Notes: generated by a model not told the origin, from the sequence alone. A stretch of 32,000 nt of DNA from Candidatus Electronema halotolerans (GCA_942493095.1 OW818675.1:1110001-1142000), one strand, 5' to 3'. Numbered from the stretch's first letter, positions 1-9,260 are shown. Translations and numbers: made by a program.

Positions 1-881
1 GTTAGCGGCAGTTGGCTGAGACCGGCCTTGCAGCGGATGATCGCCGCTCTGGTGCTGTACTCCGGGGCCTTGATGTCTGTGACCAAGCCGGAACTCATGC
101 GCGAACGGAAATCCTCATCCACGCCGGTAAGCGAGCGCGGGGCCACGGCTGAGGTGAGAATGACCCGCTTCCCGGACTTGATCAGGAAATCCAAGATATT
201 GTTCAGCTCCTCCTGGGTCTTGGTCTTGCCGCTCAGGGTGTGGACATCCTCGACCAAGAGCAGATCGCAGCCCTGAATGAAGCGGCTGGAAAACTGCTCC
301 ATCGTGTTCTCGCGGATGTTCTTGACCATCTCTGCCGAGAACTGCTGGGCAGTCAGGTAATGGAGGCGGGTCTGCGGCGCGCTGTGCATGACCTGATGCA
401 CCACAGCCTGGGTGAGGTGACTCTTGCCCAAGCCTGTGCCGGAGGTGAGAAACAGGCTGCTGCCAAAGGCGGGATCCGCATCAGCAATGGCCCGGCAGAC
501 CGTGCGGGCGAGCAGATTGGACTGCCCGACCATGAACTGCTCAAAGGTGTAGCCGGGATGAAGGGAGCGCACTGCGGCCTTGAACTTGTTCATGCCGGGC
601 AGACGGAGCTGACCAGAGCCGTTCGCTTCCGGCTGCGGCGCAGGCATGGCCTCAGAGACGGTCAGCGAGACCTTTGGCGGCGAACTGCTCAGGCTGCTCA
701 GACTGGCCTCAATCAGCTTCAGGTAGCGGTCCCGCACCCAAGTGCAAAAGAAGCGGTCTGGGCAGGCTATCTCCAGCACCTGCCTGCTCTCCCGGACGCA
801 GGCGATGGGTTTGATCCAGAGGCTGTACTCGCTGGCGGAAAGCGTGGCGGACAGGGATTGCTTGACAGTTTCCCAAAGCAT
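1..881 (-). CDS. dnaA: Chromosomal replication initiator DnaA, partial (continues past left edge)
   Basis: Manual minus-strand translation from the ATG at 879-881: MLWETVKQSLSATLSASEYSLWIKPIACVRE..., then YTFEQFMVGQSNLLARTVCRAIA, a Walker A-like SGTGLGKSHLTQAV, and LLLVEDVHTLSGKTKTQEE. It is open to base 1, which explains its absence from the ORF track. Confidence 0.92.
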   Translation of the reverse strand, partial: MLWETVKQSLSATLSASEYSLWIKPIACVRESRQVLEIACPDRFFCTWVRDRYLKLIEASLSSLSSSPPKVSLTVSEAMPAPQPEANGSGQLRLPGMNKFKAAVRSLHPGYTFEQFMVGQSNLLARTVCRAIADADPAFGSSLFLTSGTGLGKSHLTQAVVHQVMHSAPQTRLHYLTAQQFSAEMVKNIRENTMEQFSSRFIQGCDLLLVEDVHTLSGKTKTQEELNNILDFLIKSGKRVILTSAVAPRSLTGVDEDFRSRMSSGLVTDIKAPEYSTRAAIIRCKAGLSQLPL

Positions 882-1170
882 AAAACAAGGTCTTGGCAGT
901 CGGAGGTGAAAACAGAAAACAACGGGATGCGGCTTTCTTTTACCTGAAAACCAGCCGGGCCGTCAAAAACGATACAGCCCGATTTGCTCCGCCTTTGCGC
1001 TTGGCGGCGGCAAGGCCGGATCAGGCGGACTTTCAAGCCCTTGCGCTCCGCCTGCGGGCGAAGCTCTTCGGAACGCAGGACTTTTTGCCCCTGCGGCGCA
1101 ATGCTGCCGCATATCAGGAGATTGCCACCTGTCAGCTTTGCCTTGCTGATCTTGGCGGCAAAGGCCGAAG

Positions 1171-1235
1171 TCAGCCATCCTCAGCCAAGCTGCACCGTCC
1201 TCTGAAATGCGGCATTTTTCGTTGAAAGGCTCAGG
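1171..1235. repeat. Copy 1 of a ~65-bp intergenic direct repeat flanking the AT-rich defence island
   Basis: tcagccatcctcagccaagctgcaccgtcctctgaaatgcggcatttttcgttgaaaggctcagga; nearly identical to 4754-4818 apart from one extra a. Confidence 0.85.
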
Positions 1236-1580
1236 AGAAGTTGCCGGGAAGATTTAACGCCCGCAGCACCGCCCCTTGAGAAAAAATATCCAGCACGGTT
1301 AAAGAAGCGGGCCGCACATCAAAGAGCAGATAACTGCGCGGTGGCAGGTTGAGCGCGGCGCAGAGCATGGCCCGGATCATTCCGCCGTGGGCGACTGCGG
1401 CGACATGGCCGCCCGATGCGGCGAGGACTGCCAGCATTTCCTTTATCCGGCAGAGAAAATCAGCAACGGCCTCGCCTTCCGGGAAGACAAAGCCTTCATA
1501 GTCCTCCTGCCAAGCAGTGATTTTTTCTGGAGCAGCAGCGGCAATCTCGGCAAAAGTTTTCAGCTCCCACGCGCCGAAAT
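1231..1580 (-). pseudogene. 5'-truncated histidine phosphatase (phosphoglycerate mutase/CobC-like), C-terminal part only
   Basis: Minus-strand frame reads ALEKIDFGAWELKTFAEI...FVFPEGEAVADFLCRIKEMLAVLAASGGHVAAVAHGGMIRAMLCAALNLP. It has the DFGxWE and VAHGGxIR motifs but lacks the N-terminal RHG...R segment. The frame runs into the AT-rich island at ~1580. Confidence 0.7.
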
Positions 1581-1587
1581 CAATTTT

Positions 1588-2010
1588 TCAAGAGCCTGTT
1601 CGTAAAAAAGCGAATATCTCATCTATTGATATATAGATAAAGTAAAAAACAGGGGTTTTACTCAAGAGTATCTCGTCGTAATAAATACTTGTCTTGCTGC
1701 ATTGTTTAGTGCAATTTGTCTTATCAAGTGTGATACAATATTTAACAGAAAGTTCAATTTCTCCATTTTTACCTTTAGAAATATCGTAAAAAATATTTTC
1801 GTAAAAATAATCTATACCTTGCTTCTCAAAATCTAAATCTGAAATATCCTTGTTTGCGCGTATTTCTTTGCAATCTTCATAATTGATATTTCTTTGACGA
1901 AAAAATTCCTGAACCTTTGGTACTATCAATTCGTTTTTAATTTTCTCGCTGTCTTTGAGTTGTAAATATGCAACGTAACAGCTTGCAGATTCTTTATTTT
2001 CGCTAATCAT
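1588..2010 (-). CDS. Uncharacterised 140-aa protein, third gene of the McrB/LlaJI-like locus
   Basis: ORF starts 2 bp after the nuclease stop codon (stop 2003-2005, ATG 2008-2010), in the same AT-rich block. No family recognised. The C-terminus runs into the island boundary and may be truncated. Confidence 0.55.
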   Translation of the reverse strand: MISENKESASCYVAYLQLKDSEKIKNELIVPKVQEFFRQRNINYEDCKEIRANKDISDLDFEKQGIDYFYENIFYDISKGKNGEIELSVKYCITLDKTNCTKQCSKTSIYYDEILLSKTPVFYFIYISIDEIFAFLRTGS

Positions 2011-3586
2011 AATTCAGATAGGCCTTTTGCATGGTGTAAAAATTTGCTTTAAAAAGATCAATTTTAGACTTAGGCAATCTATTGTAAAGTTTCTCTGAAT
2101 TTTCTCTGAAGCCGATTTTATCTTCTTCACTTCTGTATGATATATTATTACTATAGAAAAAAGGGATAACAAGTTGATTGTATAACTTATTAATATCACC
2201 ATCTTTCTTTAAACAAAATTCATAACATAATTGTTTTGTTATATCCGTGTCAAGTTTTTTACTTCTTTTAAAGAAAAATGATAAATCAAAATATTTCCAA
2301 TCTGTCAGGAATATAGACTCAGTAAAGTTTCCAAGATACGCATTAAAGCTTGTATATGTATCTTTTGGGTATAATTTAAATATCATTTTATTTTCATTAA
2401 CTCTCTCTGGCCTAAAACCACTAGATTTTTCTCTAAGTTTAGAACACCAATTTTTGTATTTTTTTCTATTTTTTTTTGACGAACTGTCGATCAATTCAAT
2501 GCTAAAATCAACTCTTACCTTCCAGTCATTAATTAATTCTATTTTAATAAATTCAGGAAAAGATAGTTCTACAAAAGAATAAATTATATCTGGTTTTATA
2601 TATCTTGATTTATCTCTGAAGTCTACAGAAAAACGATTGTTAATATCACTTCTTTCATTTTTACCGTTCATTTCTTTGTCAATATATAACACATTGTAAT
2701 CATTAGCAATAATATACGTATTGCACATATCCTCCCAAATCTGGTAAAAATTACTGATCCCCCAGAACACACCATCTACGTGAGGATTATTCATATCCAA
2801 CTCACCGTAAAGAAAAGACTCGATAGCTTCATAAAGTCGCCAGTAATCATTATCTTTATAGGCAGTTGACTTGTCAATATTGTGCAGCAAGTCCTTCAAG
2901 GTGATTATTGTTTCTTCAAATGTGTCTTCATGAAAAATGGATTGATCGCAGCTAAGGCATTCTTCTTTAAATTTTACAGACAATTCGCGAACCCTGCTGT
3001 CTGTTCCCTGATCAAGCTCCTTATTCACCTCGTGCAAGATGAAACAGAACATATCAATGAGCGTTGCTGATTTATATTGAATAACATTTTTTGGCAACTC
3101 CATGCTGTCAATATAAATAACATATTCATCAATATTCTCTTCTTGATAAATAGCTTTATCAAGATATTTATCAATCTTTGAATAATCTATTTTTTCATCT
3201 ATCCCTATTTGCCTTTCAATCACATCTAAAGATAAATCATTGTATGCTTCAAGTAAGTTTTCAATTACAGATATTTTACTATAAAGAACAACCTCGCTGC
3301 CTTCACTGTCTTGAAAACTGTATCCATCATGCAACTTTTCAATATTATCTCTTCTTCCTTGTGTTTTGTCAATATATCTTCCAGAATGATCCCGTTCAAA
3401 TTTTTTGAACGTTCTATACATTCTGAAGAATAACTTTTTAGTTTCATTGAAATCATTTTCAGGAAAGTCGGCAAATCCCCTCGGCAAACGAAACTCCATT
3501 TCGCCAGACGTGCTGCGTCTGATGCCGACAAAAGGATCAGTTTCATTAGCCTTTTTGTTTAACTTCAATTCCTTAAAATTAAACAT
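2003..3586 (-). CDS. McrC/LlaJI-like PD-(D/E)XK restriction component, partner of the AAA+ protein
   Basis: 527 aa. RYIKPDIIYSFVE, then IFLTDWKYFDLSFFF...DTDITKQLCYEFCLK, resembling the PD...DxK...KQxxYE pattern of McrC/LlaJI partner nucleases. Directly downstream of an McrB-like gene. Confidence 0.6.
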   Translation of the reverse strand: MFNFKELKLNKKANETDPFVGIRRSTSGEMEFRLPRGFADFPENDFNETKKLFFRMYRTFKKFERDHSGRYIDKTQGRRDNIEKLHDGYSFQDSEGSEVVLYSKISVIENLLEAYNDLSLDVIERQIGIDEKIDYSKIDKYLDKAIYQEENIDEYVIYIDSMELPKNVIQYKSATLIDMFCFILHEVNKELDQGTDSRVRELSVKFKEECLSCDQSIFHEDTFEETIITLKDLLHNIDKSTAYKDNDYWRLYEAIESFLYGELDMNNPHVDGVFWGISNFYQIWEDMCNTYIIANDYNVLYIDKEMNGKNERSDINNRFSVDFRDKSRYIKPDIIYSFVELSFPEFIKIELINDWKVRVDFSIELIDSSSKKNRKKYKNWCSKLREKSSGFRPERVNENKMIFKLYPKDTYTSFNAYLGNFTESIFLTDWKYFDLSFFFKRSKKLDTDITKQLCYEFCLKKDGDINKLYNQLVIPFFYSNNISYRSEEDKIGFRENSEKLYNRLPKSKIDLFKANFYTMQKAYLNYD

Positions 3587-3587
3587 A

Positions 3588-4631
3588 TCACAAACTTTTG
3601 ATTTTCTCTATAAAGTCATTAACTTTCTTGGCGAAATCTCCGAATGTTACTAACGGTTCCTGATCTTTCTGTTCCTTTCCATAAAAAAGTTCAATCAAAG
3701 GCTTCTTGTCCCTACTAAAGACATTATCCCAGATAAAAAACATCAGTTTATTTTGTATTGTTGCCTTTTTTACCTCTACCTTAGCATCCTCATTCATAGC
3801 ATCCTTAATAAACCAATGACCTATCTGCTTATCCTCTATTCCACGAATATACTTGTGATTTGATTTTATAAAATTATTTAATTTTTCAATAAACTTTACC
3901 CAATCTTCCTTATTAGAAAAAGCAATGCCATCTTCTTTGATAGGATTTGAGTCAACATCGATAAATTCCCATTCCCATCTCCTTTTAAACGCGCTGTCCA
4001 TATAATATATGGAACTTTCTGAAGTATTCATAGTTGCGATGATGGATAAATTGTAAGGAATTTTTATAGACTTAGTGAATATATCAAATCCTATAAGTTT
4101 ATAGTATTCATCTTTAACTTCTTTAGTTTGAAAATTATAACCAATAACTTTACTTCCAGTCTTACGTGGTTCAAATCCAAGAAGACCAATGAGTTTTTCA
4201 AAAACAACTTCGGTTATATTTATATAATAATCTGACATTCCTTGACTATCTCTATCCAACAACTGGAATATTGGACCAAATATGGCAGATGAATTACCTC
4301 TGTTAATTTCATCAATTACCAATGCAACATTACTTACTTCTGAACATTTATCTATTTCTTTTTCAAGAATATTTTTATATGCTTGTGATAGTGCTTTTAA
4401 GAAGTGACCTTCATGAAAGTTATACTGCACCTTCCCTTCCTTGGTGATCGGAAGCAGCTTGCCCATAAAATCGCCATGTGTATATTCTGGATGAAAGACG
4501 GCTTTTATAATATTTTCTGGTGTTTCCTCTTTGTCTATGAAAAGTTCATAAGGAATAATTTCGTTGTCTATCCTGTAGCTTTTTCCTGTTCCGGGGCTGC
4601 CGAACAATATTTTTTGAATAGGTGTGGTCAT
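3588..4631 (-). CDS. McrB/LlaJI.R1-type AAA+ motor protein
   Basis: 347 aa with Walker A GSPGTGKSY, Walker B LVIDEINRGN, IIATMNTSESSIYYMDSAFKRRWEWEF and FHPEYTHGDFMG, typical of the McrB AAA+ subfamily. Confidence 0.85.
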   Translation of the reverse strand: MTTPIQKILFGSPGTGKSYRIDNEIIPYELFIDKEETPENIIKAVFHPEYTHGDFMGKLLPITKEGKVQYNFHEGHFLKALSQAYKNILEKEIDKCSEVSNVALVIDEINRGNSSAIFGPIFQLLDRDSQGMSDYYINITEVVFEKLIGLLGFEPRKTGSKVIGYNFQTKEVKDEYYKLIGFDIFTKSIKIPYNLSIIATMNTSESSIYYMDSAFKRRWEWEFIDVDSNPIKEDGIAFSNKEDWVKFIEKLNNFIKSNHKYIRGIEDKQIGHWFIKDAMNEDAKVEVKKATIQNKLMFFIWDNVFSRDKKPLIELFYGKEQKDQEPLVTFGDFAKKVNDFIEKIKSL

Positions 4632-4753
4632 GTTATATCTCCAATATCAGTCAGTTAAACGAGTTTCTTCGCTTAGACAATTTCGCCGCGCATACTGTAC
4701 CAAAAAACGCAAAGGAGGCAAGCGCATTTCTGCACTCAAAATGGCGGCCAAGA

Positions 4754-4818
4754 TCAGCCATCCTCAGCCAAGCTGCACCGTCCTCTGAAATGCGGCATTT
4801 TTCGTTGAAGGCTCAGGA
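4754..4818. repeat. Copy 2 of the ~65-bp intergenic direct repeat
   Basis: tcagccatcctcagccaagctgcaccgtcctctgaaatgcggcatttttcgttgaaggctcagga; matches 1171-1235. Confidence 0.85.
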
Positions 4819-4832
4819 CTGCCTGCTGGAAC

Positions 4833-5735
4833 TTATCTGAGCGCAGCGAGCAGATAACTGCCTGCTGAGAAGAGCACAAACAGGGAAAGCACCAGTTTGA
4901 TCGCCTTGGCAGGCACATATTTCTGACAGCGCGCCCCAAGATAGATGCCGCAGAAACCGCCAATGCCGAAGAGAAAGCCGAGCTGCCAGTCCGGGGCTAC
5001 AGACAGTCCGGGATAAAAGGCGGCCAGCACCTGATAGACCAGAACCCCTGCTATTGAAGTGACCAGCGTTCCCATCAGGGAGGCTCCGGCCACTGCATAG
5101 ACCGGCAACTGGAAAAAGGCGACCATGAACGGGGCGATGATCGCTCCGCCGCCAATGCCATAGATGCCACCGACTATGCCAACAAAAAAGCAAAGCAGCA
5201 CTAACCACGGCACGGAGAAGGAGTAGCTCTGACCGGCAAAGCTGAATCCGGCCCGTTGCAGCGAGAACACCGCATCTGCGACAAAGGCGGTGCGGGCAGC
5301 CTTGTCCTGCTGTCCTGCCACCTGCTTGCGGAAGACATCAGCCAGCAATTTGCTGCCCACATACAGCAGCACCAGTCCGGCGAAGAGTTTGAAGTCCTTG
5401 GGGTCAGGCAGATATTCCAGCCGCAGCCACGCCCCGATCAGCACGCCCGGCAAGGTGCCGATGATCACGGCTCCGGCCAGCGGCCAGACCATGCGCCGTT
5501 CTTGCGTATATCGCCACACGCCGCTGGGAATGGCGACAATGTTGAAAAGCTGATTGGTGGCGCTGACAGACGGGGCAGTGTAATGGAGGATGCTCATCTG
5601 AAAGGGCAGGAGCAGAAATGCGCCGGACAGGCCGCCCATTGAGGCGAAGAACGAGACAATAAAGGCGGTCAGCGGCGGCACAAATATCCATGTTGTCACG
5701 CCGGAGATCGGAAAGGTGCAGAGGAAATAATCCAT
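4833..5735 (-). CDS. TauE/SafE-family sulfite exporter-like membrane permease
   Basis: 300 aa, hydrophobic, with the duplicated glycine-rich pattern FFASMGGLSGAFLLLPF and GGIYGIGGGAIIAPFMVAFFQLPVYAVAGASLMGTLVTSIAG. Confidence 0.85.
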   Translation of the reverse strand: MDYFLCTFPISGVTTWIFVPPLTAFIVSFFASMGGLSGAFLLLPFQMSILHYTAPSVSATNQLFNIVAIPSGVWRYTQERRMVWPLAGAVIIGTLPGVLIGAWLRLEYLPDPKDFKLFAGLVLLYVGSKLLADVFRKQVAGQQDKAARTAFVADAVFSLQRAGFSFAGQSYSFSVPWLVLLCFFVGIVGGIYGIGGGAIIAPFMVAFFQLPVYAVAGASLMGTLVTSIAGVLVYQVLAAFYPGLSVAPDWQLGFLFGIGGFCGIYLGARCQKYVPAKAIKLVLSLFVLFSAGSYLLAALR

Positions 5736-6097
5736 TTGTTAATCCAGCAGCAAGCGCAAAACGTGGGGAATGTCTCTGCCAAGGGATGTAGCAGCACAAT
5801 AAACTGACTACAGGTCAGGCTGCTGAAAGCAGCTTCATCGACCGAGCAGCCGAATCCGCTGAACTCTTCATCTTGATAAATTTTACAGATATTTATGCGG
5901 ACGCAGGCAATGCCATGCTGCCGCGATTCAAGCATTCCTCTCTGGTTTCTTTGGATCAGAAGCGAGAACAACAAGAGCGCCGATCACCGGGGTCAGGAGA
6001 ACGGAGCAGAAGAAATAGCCCCAGAAGCCAAACTTCCGATGTCGGCCCACAAAACCGATTATCACGCAAAGAACAATTAAAATCAAACCTTGCGGGG

Positions 6098-7087
6098 TCA
6101 TTCACTGCCTCCCTGCCTGACTGGCGAAGAAAGATTGCGTTGAGCTGACGATGGTTCAGCTTCAGGTTTCAAAGGAACTGCAACCGCATCACTGGAAGAA
6201 ATCGGCCAGTCTCCGGCATTGAGCATCAGAGGCAGGCCATCTTTTCCCCCGCCAATGATCACCACCTTGGCATTCGGCGAAGAGGCCAGTTCAAGCGTGG
6301 CCTGAACACCATGCCAATGCAGAACTTTGTCGTCCATTGTTTTGGAAATATTCTCCGCATATTTTTGGATGCCAAGGGATTCAATCTCTTTTTTCTCCGC
6401 CTCCCTTCTGGCTGTTTCGAGACGAAAGACGTAGGATTGCAAGACCTGCTCATGCACTAACTTTTCTTCAATCGCATCTTTGATCTGCTTGGGAAGAACA
6501 ATTTCCCGGATGATGATGTCATCAACAATGACGTACTTCTGGCCGACTTCATCAATGGCGTTCTTGACTAAGGTTGTCAGCAGGTGCCCCTTGTTGGTGT
6601 AAATGTCTTCAGCAACATGAACGCCAAGCCCTTTGCGCAGCACGGATTCAATCTGAGGCAGAATAATTTTATTGGGATAATCCGGGCCGATCCGCTGGTG
6701 AAGCACGCCGAGCAGCTCAAAAATAGGCCGGTAGCGAACCGCCAGTTTCAGGGTGACTGGCAGACCGCTGCTGGTCAGCACGTCAAACTCATGGCGGATG
6801 ATCTGGACACGGGCATCATAGATGGCCATGGTGTTGAAGGGATTGATCACCAGGAAGCCTTCAGGATAGACCCGGACAGTTTCTGTGCCGCCCCAGAAAG
6901 GCCGGTACATGACCCCTGCCTCGCCAGCTTCAATCCAGATGAACATCCGGTTCCAAAGGATGATGACAGCTATGGTGCAGGACAGGCCGAGCATAACCCA
7001 ATGCAGCCAGTTGTCCCGGACAGAATAGCGCAGCCGCTCCAGCAGAGGCGGTTTCGGGCGCGGGGCGGCGGATTTCAGACTGCTCAT
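6098..7087 (-). CDS. SPFH/band-7 (prohibitin-like) membrane-associated protein
   Basis: 329 aa with an N-terminal TM segment, then GEAGVMYRPFWGGTETVRVYPEGFLVINPFNTMAIYDARVQ...VLTSSGLPVTLKLAVRYRPIFELLGVLHQRIGPDY and a coiled region FRLETARREAEKKEIESLGIQKYAENISK. Confidence 0.88.
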   Translation of the reverse strand: MSSLKSAAPRPKPPLLERLRYSVRDNWLHWVMLGLSCTIAVIILWNRMFIWIEAGEAGVMYRPFWGGTETVRVYPEGFLVINPFNTMAIYDARVQIIRHEFDVLTSSGLPVTLKLAVRYRPIFELLGVLHQRIGPDYPNKIILPQIESVLRKGLGVHVAEDIYTNKGHLLTTLVKNAIDEVGQKYVIVDDIIIREIVLPKQIKDAIEEKLVHEQVLQSYVFRLETARREAEKKEIESLGIQKYAENISKTMDDKVLHWHGVQATLELASSPNAKVVIIGGGKDGLPLMLNAGDWPISSSDAVAVPLKPEAEPSSAQRNLSSPVRQGGSE

Positions 7088-7103
7088 AACTTTCTGTTTT
7101 GTA

Positions 7104-9260
7104 TCAGGGATGGGCGATCAGCAGCAGAGCGTTGCTCCGGCGCAGAACGCAGTCCAAGGCAATATGCAGGGTTTCCGGGTCAAGAGCGGCAAAACTTTCA
7201 TCCAAAATAATCAAATCCGCCTTCTGGAGCAAGGTGCGAGCGACAAATAAACGGCTGCGCTCGCCATGCGAGAGCCGCCAGCCGCCTTCGCCGACCATCT
7301 GCTGGATGCCCGCAGGCATGGTCTCCAGCAGCTCGCCCAGCTTCAGCTCCTGACAGATTGCCTCAGCCTCAGCCAAGTCCTCCTCTGAGGGCGGCCACGC
7401 CCTGCCCATGAGCAGGTTGAAGGCGAATGTCTCTGTGAGCACATAGTTCTGATGAAACTGGGGGGCAATGACAACCCGCCTGCGCCAAGTCTCTTCGCCC
7501 AGCACGTTCCGGCTCAGGCCAAACAAGCGCAATGTGCCGGAATCAGGAAGTTCCAGTCCGCTCAACAGGGCGGCCAAGGTCGATTTGCCGCTGCCGGAGG
7601 CCCCTTCCAAGAGCAGATGCTGGCCTGCCTGCACAGTCAGGCTGCACTGTTCCAAGATCAATTGGCGGGCCGCCTGCGGGCCAGGATAGGCAAAGCTGAC
7701 GTTATCGGCTGCAATGATTGGACTGCCTGCCTCCTGCCGCTGTTTGAAGCGGGCCGGAGAAATATATTTGGCTGCCTTCTGCGCCCGTTCCCGCTCTGCC
7801 GCCTGATAGAGCGGATGGACCTGCTGCCAGCTGATCATGGCTTCAATAAGCTGGCGGATGCTCTGGGTGCATTGATCCAAGGCCGAGGCTGCCAGCAGGG
7901 TGCCGCCCAAGCTGACTGCCAGCAAAGTGAGGTTGGAACCAGCAGTGAAAGCGGTGAAAAGCAGGCTGACCGGCAGCCAGCCCCGGCGGCCAGCGGCACT
8001 TTCCACTGCCGCCTGCATGGTGTCCGCCCTTTTGGCCAGCATTGCGTACTTGGCAAGGAGCTGATCTTCCAGCTTATGCCGTTCCAACGGCCTTTCCTGA
8101 GCAAGGCGGGTGCGATGGCCTGCCATGCGCTCGACAAGGTCGCAGGTCATCCGCCGATGATGATTCTGCCAGGCGAGCATCCGCTGATGCCAAATGCGGC
8201 TCAAGAGGCCGATGCCAGCCAGCCAGGCCAGCAGGAGCAGGCCGTGGGCAAGGCCACCGGAGCCGAGTATCAGCACCATTGCCGCGATCAGGGCCTCCAT
8301 GCAGGCGGTGAAGGCGGCAAAGGCCATGCTCATGCCCAAGGCCTCCAGCTTTTCTATTTCCTGGACATTGCCAAGAAAGTGGCCGCTGCCCTGATGCCGT
8401 ATCTCTGCCGCCTTTAATTGCAGGATGCCGCTCAAAAGACGGCTGCGCAGGAGCACGCCGAACCGGAGCGAGAGGCGGTTTTTGATCTGGACAGTGATTA
8501 GCTGCAAGGGAATCATGCTCAGGAGGAGCAGACCCCATATCTGCATGGCGGTCAGCTCTGGCCGCCCTTGCAGCAGGGTTCTGCCGATCAGCACAGACGC
8601 GGCCAGCATGAACAGGCGGTTCAGCAGAATTGCGCTGACAAGCCAGCCGCCCTGCTGAGGGAAATCAGCCCGGCGGAGCTGCTGGAGGAAATTTGCGCTG
8701 GGCGGCAGGCGCAGCAGCCAACAGCCGTCAATCTTGGCCGCTGCCAGACACTCGCGCAGCAAAGACTGCCGCGCTTCAGCCCGCTGTCCGCCATGCGCGT
8801 CAACGGTGTCCAGCATCTCTTCGACAGCAGGCAGCAGCGGGGCCTCCAGCTCTTGGGTCAGCAGCTTGCGCACTGCTTGAATATCCACGGCATGGATTCT
8901 GCCGTCTCGGCCCAGCAGCTGGACTTTGCGGCGGCGGCTGCCGACTGCGGCAATGAAGCGCGGCGCGACGCAGGATTCCGCTTCCGGGAGCAAAAAGAGC
9001 GCAGGCCCGCCGCTGGCCAGCAGCCGTTCCACATCCGCGTAGGCGGTTTCTGCGGCCAAGGATTCCAAGCCAAGCTGCTTGGCTCCGTTCTCCAGCCAAG
9101 CACTGATCAATTCCTGATTTGGCTCCGGCTCTGCGAATGGCTGCAGGTCTGCTGTCGGCGCAACAGCGTTTGGCAGCAGAGCCGCTTTGCGGGCCAGCAA
9201 AGGAACTGCTTCATGAAATGAACTGACAGGCCATGCGGCCTCGATGGGCAGTGGATTCAA
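7104..9260 (-). CDS. ABC transporter, fused permease and ATPase
   Basis: 718 aa. TM region, then NBD with Walker A GASGSGKSTLAAL, signature LSHGERSRLFVARTLL, Walker B ADLIILDE and H-loop LLIAHP. Co-directional with and downstream of the NRPS genes. Confidence 0.9.
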   Translation of the reverse strand: MNPLPIEAAWPVSSFHEAVPLLARKAALLPNAVAPTADLQPFAEPEPNQELISAWLENGAKQLGLESLAAETAYADVERLLASGGPALFLLPEAESCVAPRFIAAVGSRRRKVQLLGRDGRIHAVDIQAVRKLLTQELEAPLLPAVEEMLDTVDAHGGQRAEARQSLLRECLAAAKIDGCWLLRLPPSANFLQQLRRADFPQQGGWLVSAILLNRLFMLAASVLIGRTLLQGRPELTAMQIWGLLLLSMIPLQLITVQIKNRLSLRFGVLLRSRLLSGILQLKAAEIRHQGSGHFLGNVQEIEKLEALGMSMAFAAFTACMEALIAAMVLILGSGGLAHGLLLLAWLAGIGLLSRIWHQRMLAWQNHHRRMTCDLVERMAGHRTRLAQERPLERHKLEDQLLAKYAMLAKRADTMQAAVESAAGRRGWLPVSLLFTAFTAGSNLTLLAVSLGGTLLAASALDQCTQSIRQLIEAMISWQQVHPLYQAAERERAQKAAKYISPARFKQRQEAGSPIIAADNVSFAYPGPQAARQLILEQCSLTVQAGQHLLLEGASGSGKSTLAALLSGLELPDSGTLRLFGLSRNVLGEETWRRRVVIAPQFHQNYVLTETFAFNLLMGRAWPPSEEDLAEAEAICQELKLGELLETMPAGIQQMVGEGGWRLSHGERSRLFVARTLLQKADLIILDESFAALDPETLHIALDCVLRRSNALLLIAHP

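Noticed and set aside
881-1170. A chromosomal origin (oriC) next to dnaA
   Set aside because: No clear TTATNCACA-type DnaA boxes or AT-rich unwinding repeats seen immediately upstream of dnaA.
240-1225. Plus-strand ORFs 240-947 and 893-1225
   Set aside because: The first is antisense to dnaA. The second (110 aa) has no recognised family and ends inside the 65-bp repeat, so it is not supported as a gene.
1570-1595. agagcctgttcgtaaaaa at the island edge as an insertion-sequence terminal inverted repeat
   Set aside because: No matching inverted copy was found near the other border (4631-4760) and there is no transposase in the window.
7452-9221. Plus-strand ORFs 7452-8417 and 8568-9221
   Set aside because: They lie antisense to the well-supported ABC transporter, are low complexity and have no recognisable family.
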